Positions 43,423-54,152 of a stretch of DNA of 64,000 nucleotides are shown here, piece by piece. The notes below the pieces were generated by a model that had not been told where the DNA came from, ran no database searches, and saw only the letters and a list, made by a program, of their open reading frames with translations. Position numbers and translations under genes: made by a program. Source of the stretch: Minisyncoccota bacterium (GTDB lineage Bacteria; Patescibacteriota; Minisyncoccia; UBA6257; GWB1-50-10); the NCBI GenBank assembly GCA_020059585.1, contig JAGVBU010000003.1:879-64878 (forward strand), in the 5' to 3' direction. Every line of letters starts with the position of its first letter. The first letter of the stretch is position 1.

Positions 43423-46103
43423 TGGATTATTGGCACGCACGAACTGTCGACGATATCGTTGAATCACTTCAGTCTGATGCCGTTCGCGGGCTTCGCGAAA
43501 AAGATATTTTTTCAAAACGTTCTTTATACGGAGACAACACGATTCCCGAAGGAAAATCGAGGAATCTTTTTTTAATATTTTTAGACCAATTCAAAAGTCC
43601 CCTTGTATATATCCTTCTTGTTGCCTGCATTATTGTGTTCTGGATACGGGAATATGTCGATGCCGGTATTATTCTTGGGGTTATTTTTCTGAACTCTCTC
43701 ATAGGCACTATTCAGGAGGGACGAGCGGAGAAGACTCTTCAGGCGCTCAAACATTTCATTGAGACGGAAGCGACCGTGATACGTGATGGAGAGGAGATTA
43801 TCATTCCTGATAAGGATATTGTGCCGGGAGATATTGTAATGCTTCGGGAGGGAGACAAGGTTCCGGCGGATGCGCGCATCATAGAATTCAGGCATTTTAA
43901 AGTTGACGAAGCAGCACTTACAGGAGAATCCGGCGCAGTCGAAAAATCGAATGTGCTCATGGATGGGAAAAATGTTTCTCCTTCCGATACGAAAAATATG
44001 ATATTCAGGGGGACGAATGTAGTAAGCGGTACGTGTCGGGCGATTGTCGTTGAAACGGGACTTGATACAGAGCTCGGGAAAATAAGTTCCGCCATTGCGG
44101 CAATTGATACGGAAATACCGCTTAAGAAGGACATCAGGAATTTTTCGAAATTACTTGTCGTAGGGATACTTGGCGCACTTACTCTTCTATTCGGGTTTGG
44201 TATTTTCTTGGGACAACCGCTTGGAAACATGTTTATCACCGTAGTATCGCTTGCGGTGTCTATCGTACCGGAAGGACTTCCTGCGGTTCTTACTATTGTG
44301 CTCGCGCGCGGCATGTTCCGTATGGCGAAACAGAATGCACTTGTGAAAAGACTTCAAGCAATAGAGGCATTGGGGCAGGCGCGAATTATTGCGGTTGATA
44401 AGACGGGCACTCTCACGCGAAATGAGATGGTGGTGAGGCGACTTTTTGTGAGTGATTCGTTTTTCGATATTTCAGGTGTCGGATATGAACCAAAAGGAAA
44501 TGTCTTGAAGGATGGAAAAAAACCTGACGATATATGGATGCAAGAAGTTTTTTTTGCCGCGCGTACCGCCGCATCAGGAATTGAAGCGCATGCTGTTTTT
44601 TCCGATACTACAAAGACATGGAAAACATTTGGGGATCCGACGGAAGCCGCACTTTCGGTGTTTGGAGAGAAATTAGGCTTTCCAAAAAAGCGCGTAGATG
44701 AAGAAGATGCCGTTTTTGTCGATATTCCTTTCGATCATGAGACAAAATATCATGCAGTGTTTCGAGAACGGAAAGACGGCTCTCAGTTTGTAATTATCAT
44801 AGGTGCGCCCGAGACGGTACTCTCTCTTTGCAAAAATATACGAAAGAACGGAACACAAGAACTTTTTACAGAAAAGGAGATGCAGAAAATAGAAGAAGCA
44901 ATAAGAATTCTTTCTTCTGACGGTATGCGCATACTTGCTGCGGCGGCATATGAAATTCCGAAAGGAGAGAAAGAAAAGAACGTAAAAAATATAGATGATT
45001 TTTCTCTTGTGGCGCTTTATGGGATTGAGGATTCATTGCGCGAAAATGTGAGAGATTCTGTGCGCCAAGTGATTCAGGCAGGAATACGCGTAGTGATGAT
45101 TACCGGCGATCACAAACTTACCGCCATTGCTATCGCGAAGGATGCGGGGATTTACAAGGAAGGAGATGAGGTGCTGATCGGAGAGGATATACGAACATTA
45201 AGCAAGGATGAATTAAGAGAGAAACTTCCACGCACAAGCGTATTCGCGCGTGTCACACCGGAACATAAGCTTCTTATCATTCAGGCATATAGGGATATCG
45301 GAGAGATCGTTGCGATGACGGGAGATGGGGTGAATGATGCGCCTTCGCTTGTTGCGGCGGATCTTGGTGTTTCTATGGGACGTACTGGTACTGAGGTTGC
45401 GAAAGAGGCGTCCGACATCATTATTCTTGATGATAATATTGCCACTATGGTTGCAGCGGTAGAGGAGGGGAGAAATATATTTAAGACGGTGCAAAGAGTC
45501 ATTTTATATCTTTTCTCGACCAATTTTGCCGAGTTGCTTGTTATTCTCAGTGCGCTTGCGATAGGATTTCCCCTCCCAATTCTTCCCGCTCAGATATTGT
45601 GGTTGAATCTGGTGACTGACGGGTTCCTTGATGTATCGCTTGCCATGGAACCGAAAGAGAAGGGGCTCCTTTCAAGAAAATTCGTACGTTCGAAGAATAT
45701 ATTCACAAAAGCGATGTTTCTGAGAAGTTTTATCATGGCGGTGCCTATGGTCATAGGAACATTGTTCCTCTTTAGTCGGGTATTCCACATTGATATTACG
45801 AAAGGCATGACGATGGCGCTTACTTCTCTCGCGGTATTCCAGTGGTTTAATGCATGGAATTGCAGAACGGAGAAGAAGTCGATTTTTAGCTCGCATCCTT
45901 TTTCTAATCCCTATCTTGTATTCGGTACGATTGCATCAATAGGATTTCAGCTTCTTGCGGTGTATACTCCATTTTTTCAAAAGATACTTAAAACCACCGC
46001 ACTCTCGCTTGCGGACTGGGGGATTATTGTGCTTATCGGTTTAAGTGTCATTGTTGTTGAGGAGATGCGGAAGATTTTTGTGAGAAGCAGGAAGGCGGTA
46101 TAA
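43422..46103 (+). CDS. P-type cation-transporting ATPase (type IIA/IIB-like, Ca2+/Mg2+ family)
   Basis: TGES, PEGLP, DKTGTLT (the phosphorylation site), KGAPE, MITGDHKLTA, TGDGVNDAPSL, and 10 TM helices. Confidence 0.85.
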   Translation: MDYWHARTVDDIVESLQSDAVRGLREKDIFSKRSLYGDNTIPEGKSRNLFLIFLDQFKSPLVYILLVACIIVFWIREYVDAGIILGVIFLNSLIGTIQEGRAEKTLQALKHFIETEATVIRDGEEIIIPDKDIVPGDIVMLREGDKVPADARIIEFRHFKVDEAALTGESGAVEKSNVLMDGKNVSPSDTKNMIFRGTNVVSGTCRAIVVETGLDTELGKISSAIAAIDTEIPLKKDIRNFSKLLVVGILGALTLLFGFGIFLGQPLGNMFITVVSLAVSIVPEGLPAVLTIVLARGMFRMAKQNALVKRLQAIEALGQARIIAVDKTGTLTRNEMVVRRLFVSDSFFDISGVGYEPKGNVLKDGKKPDDIWMQEVFFAARTAASGIEAHAVFSDTTKTWKTFGDPTEAALSVFGEKLGFPKKRVDEEDAVFVDIPFDHETKYHAVFRERKDGSQFVIIIGAPETVLSLCKNIRKNGTQELFTEKEMQKIEEAIRILSSDGMRILAAAAYEIPKGEKEKNVKNIDDFSLVALYGIEDSLRENVRDSVRQVIQAGIRVVMITGDHKLTAIAIAKDAGIYKEGDEVLIGEDIRTLSKDELREKLPRTSVFARVTPEHKLLIIQAYRDIGEIVAMTGDGVNDAPSLVAADLGVSMGRTGTEVAKEASDIIILDDNIATMVAAVEEGRNIFKTVQRVILYLFSTNFAELLVILSALAIGFPLPILPAQILWLNLVTDGFLDVSLAMEPKEKGLLSRKFVRSKNIFTKAMFLRSFIMAVPMVIGTLFLFSRVFHIDITKGMTMALTSLAVFQWFNAWNCRTEKKSIFSSHPFSNPYLVFGTIASIGFQLLAVYTPFFQKILKTTALSLADWGIIVLIGLSVIVVEEMRKIFVRSRKAV

Positions 46104-46105
46104 TG

Positions 46106-46143
46106 AGCATAAAGTAGTAAGTATTTAGTATTAGGTATCGAGT
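46106..46143 (+). repeat. AGTA-rich dispersed motif copy 3 (cataaagtagtaagtatttagtattaggtatcgagt-ATG)
   Basis: Seen in sequence between the ATPase stop and the ZnR-B start. Confidence 0.5.
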
Positions 46144-47871
46144 ATGACAAACGCAGAAACAAAACAATGTCAATCGTGTAAAGCTGATTTTGTTATCGAA
46201 CCAGAGGACTTCGATTTCTACAAGAAAATCGATGTACCTCCTCCAACGTGGTGTCCGGAGTGTAGGATGATGCGGCGGCTTATGTGGGTAAATTTTTTAA
46301 GTCTCTATAAAAGGAAGTGCAATGTGCCGGGACACACGGAAGATATTATTGCAAAATTTTCTCCTCAGTCGAAAAGAAAAGTCTATGATGCGAAATATTG
46401 GTGGAGCGATGAATGGAATCCGATGGATTACGGACGGGAATATGATTTTTCAAAAAATTTCTTCGAACAATTTCAAGAGATTTCGGAAGTCGTGCCCCTT
46501 AAGAATCTCGATATTACGAATTCGGTAAACTGCGATTATTGCGCATCGGCCGTCGAGTGCAAGAACTGTTATATGTGTTCCGGAGGATATAAAGCGGAGG
46601 ACAGCGTGTATTCGACGCTTATTATCTCAAGCAAAAACTGCGGTGAGACGCTTCAAAGTATAGGGTGTGAATTTCTATATGATTGCGTGGATTGCGCAAA
46701 ATGTTTCCGTGTTGCGCACGCACAGCAATGTGAGAATTGCATGTATTCACAGTTTCTTTATGATTGCCGAAATTGTGAATACTGTTTCGGATGCGTGAAT
46801 CTTCGAAATAAAAAATATTGCATATTTAACGATCAATATACGAAAGAGGAGTATGAAAAGAAAATACAGGAGATGGATATCGGAAGTAGGAGATCGCTTG
46901 AGGAATATCGGAAGCGTTGGGAGGATCTGAAGCTCACATCTCCGCATCGGCACGCGTTTCTTTCGAAGAGTATTGATTGCACGGGTGACATTATCGAAAG
47001 TTCGAAGAATTGTAGACATTGCTTTTGGATCAGTTCCGGCGCGGAAAATTTGAAATATGCAGTTGAGGGGGGATTGGGATTTAAAGATAGTTATGATGTC
47101 TATTCGACTGGAGGTAATTCGGAAATGATATACGAATCCGTCGCGTGCGGATTGGGGAGTAAAAATGTTTTATTCTCGAGCCGTATCCAGCAGAGTCATG
47201 ATGTGTATTATTCGTTTGATTGTTATGGATCATCGAATCTTTTCGGATGTATCAGTTTGAGGAACAAACATCATTGCATTCTGAATAGGCAATATTCGAA
47301 AGAAGAATACGAAGCGCTTGTGCCGAAAATTATTGCGCATATGAAGGCAATGCCGTATATGGATGAGAAAGGAAAAGTATATACATTCGGTGAATTCTTC
47401 CCGTCGGCGATCGCGCCTTTCACATATGACACGAGTACGGCGAATGAGCTTGTGCCGAAAACAAGAAAAGAGCTTCTTGAATTCGGATTTCCTCTTTCTC
47501 AAGGGATCAAACCGGAGCATGTTGCGACTATACAACCAGAGGAACTTCCCGATACGATTGCGGAGACAGATGATTCTATTCTGAATGAGGCGATTGCGTG
47601 CGCCGACAAAGGAGAGTGCGATCATCGATGCACGCGCGTATTCAAAATAGTGCCCGAGGAGTTGCGTTTATTAAGGGATATGAATATTCCTCTTCCAACA
47701 TTATGTTCAAACTGCCGAAATGTCTTGAGATTAAGAAAAAGAAATCCCCTGAAACTCTGGCATCGGAAGTGCATGAAACCGGGATGCACAAATGAGTTCG
47801 AAACATCGTACTCACCCGAAAGGCCGGAGATCGTGTATTGTGAGTCGTGCTATCAGAAGGAAGTGGTGTAG
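46144..47871 (+). CDS. Zinc-ribbon-rich protein, paralog B (575 aa)
   Basis: N-terminal CQSCKADFVIEPEDFDFYKKIDVPPPTWCPECR. Internal YCIFNDQYTKEEYEKK and HCILNRQYSKEEYEAL repeats. C-terminal CMKPGCTNEFETSYSPERPEIVYCESCY is near-identical to the paralog A C-terminus. Confidence 0.6.
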   Translation: MTNAETKQCQSCKADFVIEPEDFDFYKKIDVPPPTWCPECRMMRRLMWVNFLSLYKRKCNVPGHTEDIIAKFSPQSKRKVYDAKYWWSDEWNPMDYGREYDFSKNFFEQFQEISEVVPLKNLDITNSVNCDYCASAVECKNCYMCSGGYKAEDSVYSTLIISSKNCGETLQSIGCEFLYDCVDCAKCFRVAHAQQCENCMYSQFLYDCRNCEYCFGCVNLRNKKYCIFNDQYTKEEYEKKIQEMDIGSRRSLEEYRKRWEDLKLTSPHRHAFLSKSIDCTGDIIESSKNCRHCFWISSGAENLKYAVEGGLGFKDSYDVYSTGGNSEMIYESVACGLGSKNVLFSSRIQQSHDVYYSFDCYGSSNLFGCISLRNKHHCILNRQYSKEEYEALVPKIIAHMKAMPYMDEKGKVYTFGEFFPSAIAPFTYDTSTANELVPKTRKELLEFGFPLSQGIKPEHVATIQPEELPDTIAETDDSILNEAIACADKGECDHRCTRVFKIVPEELRLLRDMNIPLPTLCSNCRNVLRLRKRNPLKLWHRKCMKPGCTNEFETSYSPERPEIVYCESCYQKEVV

Positions 47872-47873
47872 AA

Positions 47874-47910
47874 GAGAGTATATAGTATTAAGTAGTAAGT
47901 ATTGAGTATG
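47874..47910 (+). repeat. AGTA-rich dispersed motif copy 4 (gagagtatatagtattaagtagtaagtattgagtatgg)
   Basis: Seen in sequence immediately after the ZnR-B stop. Confidence 0.5.
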
Positions 47911-47923
47911 GCAGAAAGAAAAA

Positions 47924-47953
47924 TAAAAACCCGATTCAAAATGAATCGGGTCT
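47924..47953. terminator. Terminator hairpin (functional mainly for the minus-strand gene)
   Basis: AAAAACCCGATTCA-aaa-TGAATCGGGT. Confidence 0.5.
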
Positions 47954-47977
47954 CTCTTGAGAGAGAAAATTATTTAA

Positions 47978-48388
47978 CTACTTTGCGTCAAGGAAGTCAT
48001 ATTTCAGCAACTTTCGGGCAATAGGTTTTCCGTCGTCGTACGTTGTTTCAAATTCTTCTTTATATGACACGGTCACCTCCTGTCCCTGTTTCAGCCGGTT
48101 CCATAATTCTTTTGCCTGTTTCTGATCATTCTGGATTATAAATTTTCCGTGCTGACATTGGAACACGACCGCGTAACGCTCCTCAACATCGACGGAAGTG
48201 AAACTGACCCCGAGATCAAGATTCATATCGATGGTGGGGGATATGCCGCTGCCGTGAGTCGATGGAGTGTATACCAGATCAACCACGGTTGCTTTTTCAT
48301 AGAGAACTTCGGAACTTTCTCTTTTTGTTTCAATGCATCCGGTGAAAAGCATACTGAAAACGAATACGATAAAAAATATTTTTTTCAT
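47978..48388 (-). CDS. Small lipoprotein (hypothetical)
   Basis: Signal peptide with lipobox MKKIFFIVFVFSMLFTGC. Confidence 0.5.
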   Translation of the reverse strand: MKKIFFIVFVFSMLFTGCIETKRESSEVLYEKATVVDLVYTPSTHGSGISPTIDMNLDLGVSFTSVDVEERYAVVFQCQHGKFIIQNDQKQAKELWNRLKQGQEVTVSYKEEFETTYDDGKPIARKLLKYDFLDAK

Positions 48389-48524
48389 CGAGGACCTCCT
48401 TTTGATTCGTAAATTATTTTATTAAGTATTTTTAATATCTTTTATAATTATAACAAATTATCGTATGTTTGTCAATTAATGTTTGTAAAATAAAAATTGG
48501 TGTTGTACGTTCTACTATATAGGT

Positions 48525-49823
48525 ATGTTTTCGATACTCAAAAAAGATAACAATTCTCGTGCGCGGAGCGGGACGCTCACAACATTTAGCGGGAGAACCG
48601 TGGAAACACCCGCGTATGCGATCGTGGGAACGCACGCGGAGGTGCGCTGTTTGCCTGCGGAAAAAATGAAGGACGCGAGGGTGCAGCTCATTATCGCGAA
48701 CACATATCATTTGTGGCAACGGTTAGGCAAAGATATTGAGAAGTTTCAGGGACTTCATGCGGAGATGAATACTCCTGATATGGTGATTATGACTGACAGT
48801 GGGGGCTTTCAGGTTTTTAGTTTGGGGTTCGGAAGGGAACACGGAGTAGGGAAAGTGGGGGGTATCAGGAATTCATCTGTCGGGACCGAGCGTTCTCCGT
48901 CTCCTGCGGACAGAGCCGCTCTACGCTCTCATCCTGGCGAATCCGACGTTCGTCGAATACCAAGCTCGCCAGGATTCCGAGAGTTCCCTCCAGACGATTT
49001 CCTGATACATAATGAAAGGAATATGCGAGATAAGAACCTCGTGAGGATTACGGAAGAGGGGGCATATTTTATGACTGACGACGGGGAGCGTTTCCTCGGA
49101 CCGAAGCTTTCGATGGAGATTCAGGAGAAGCTCGGGGCGGATATTATTCTTGCGTTTGATGAATGCACATCACCGGAACATGAATATGAATATCAAAAGC
49201 AGGCGCTCGCGCGCACACATCGATGGGCGGAAGAATGTATTGCGGTAAAAACACGGAATGATCAGATGCTATATGGCATTGTACAGGGTGGGGTGTTCGA
49301 GGATTTGCGGAAAGAGAGTTCGCGATATATTGGAAATCTTCCATTTGACGGATTTGCGATTGGCGGATCGTTTGGTGAGGGGAAAATGCGGGAGGTGATT
49401 GGGTGGAGTGTTTCCGGACTTCCCGAAGAAAAACCAAGGCATCTTCTGGGGATCGGAAAGATAGAAAATATACTTGATGGTGTTGCCGAGGGAATTGATA
49501 CGTTTGATTGCGTGATTCCGACGCGCGAGGCGCGCCACGGCGGAGTGTGGACGCGTGAAGGAAGATTCGACGCAAAGAAGAGCGCAAACAAAAATTCCGA
49601 TGCTCCGATTGAAAAAGGATGTGTGTGTCCAACGTGCGCGATGGGAGTGACGCGCGGAATGCTCTTTGATATGTTTCACTCGAAAGATTTGAGAGCGGGA
49701 GAATACGCGACGATGCACAATATTTTCTTTTTCAATACGTTTATGTCCGAAATGCGGCGGGCGATTCAGAATGGAATGTTCCGAGAATTTGAAAAAGAAA
49801 CAAGGGGGAAACTTAAAAAATAA
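48525..49823 (+). CDS. tgt: Queuine tRNA-ribosyltransferase (tRNA-guanine transglycosylase) with ~65-aa low-complexity in-frame insertion
   Basis: RSGTLTTFSGR..ETPAY, GGFQVFSL, LAFDECTSP, zinc site CVCPTC..H. Extra S/P/R-rich segment between the FQVFSL and VRITEEG regions. Confidence 0.8.
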   Translation: MFSILKKDNNSRARSGTLTTFSGRTVETPAYAIVGTHAEVRCLPAEKMKDARVQLIIANTYHLWQRLGKDIEKFQGLHAEMNTPDMVIMTDSGGFQVFSLGFGREHGVGKVGGIRNSSVGTERSPSPADRAALRSHPGESDVRRIPSSPGFREFPPDDFLIHNERNMRDKNLVRITEEGAYFMTDDGERFLGPKLSMEIQEKLGADIILAFDECTSPEHEYEYQKQALARTHRWAEECIAVKTRNDQMLYGIVQGGVFEDLRKESSRYIGNLPFDGFAIGGSFGEGKMREVIGWSVSGLPEEKPRHLLGIGKIENILDGVAEGIDTFDCVIPTREARHGGVWTREGRFDAKKSANKNSDAPIEKGCVCPTCAMGVTRGMLFDMFHSKDLRAGEYATMHNIFFFNTFMSEMRRAIQNGMFREFEKETRGKLKK

Positions 49824-49925
49824 TTTTTTTAAGCTTTTAAATGCCAATTTATATATTGCGTCAATGGTGGTGAAAAGTGTTTCTTGGTGCGGGAATTATC
49901 CACACCGTGACAGGTCTAGAAAGGT

Positions 49926-49953
49926 GTTGACATATTATATGGCTTGAGTATAA
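49926..49953 (+). promoter_or_regulatory. Strong sigma70-like promoter (TTGACA-16-TATAAT) for the 23S-5S rRNA operon
   Basis: Consensus hexamers read directly, ~260 nt upstream of the 23S 5' end. Confidence 0.45.
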
Positions 49954-50119
49954 TACTAACCACGAACTGAATGAGTAAGAAGAACACATATCGAGGCGTT
50001 TCACCTGGCGTATAGATGTGCGTTTTGCGCTTTTGTGAGACCGCCCCGAACGGCGGTTTTTCTTTCCCCCGAATCGACTGATGTTTGATAATTGAATATC
50101 TGATGTTAGTTAGGTAACC

Positions 50120-50146
50120 AAAATATAAGTAGTAAGTAAGAAGAAC
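50120..50146 (+). repeat. AGTA-rich motif copy 5 (ataagtagtaagtaagaag) in the rRNA leader
   Basis: Seen in sequence. Confidence 0.4.
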
Positions 50147-50212
50147 TCAAAAAACAAAATCAGTTTTTTGAGGTAGAAATTTATATCCGCTTGTTTTTAC
50201 GGATTATACACG

Positions 50213-53775
<3,563 letters not shown>

Positions 53776-53829
53776 ATAGGCGGTTGAATTTCTATCTCAA
53801 AAAGCTGATTTTCATCAGCTCGCACCAGA

Positions 53830-53945
53830 ATTTTTATATGCCGGTGTTTTATTTGAACGTGACCCACCTCTTTCCATTCCGAACAGAGAAGTGAAAGCGT
53901 TCAAACCCGATGATACTTGGCCTTTCGGGGCTCGGGAAAGTAGGG
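53830..53945 (+). rRNA. rrf: 5S ribosomal RNA
   Basis: ..CCATTCCGAACAGAGAAGTGAAAGCG..CTTGGCC..GGGAAAGTAGGGTATGCCGG with palindromic terminal helix GCCGGT/GCCGGT; ~116 nt, directly after the 23S. Confidence 0.7.
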
Positions 53946-54152
53946 TATGCCGGTATTTAAAAGTCCTGGTGTTTTTTTGCGCCCTTTTTAGTCATTTTTA
54001 CATACGAATGAGAGATCTCTGTGTTTTGTCAATCTTTACAATATTCTTTTAAACTTTTTTAAAGTTATCCACAAAAATGGTTGGAAATTTTTTTATTTTT
54101 TTTGTGATAGAATGAAAACGTTCGAACAAACTTTTTACTTTTTTATATTTAT

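Noticed and set aside
50036-50063. Hairpin GAGACCGCCCCGAACGGCGGTTTTTC in the rRNA leader as a transcription terminator
   Set aside because: It lies downstream of the rRNA promoter and upstream of the 23S. It is more likely a leader processing or antitermination stem than a terminator.
53946-54152. Cobalamin riboswitch or other leader element upstream of the nrdJ-like RNR
   Set aside because: The 200-nt leader is AT-rich with no B12-box-like GC-rich core. Nothing supportable beyond a probable promoter.
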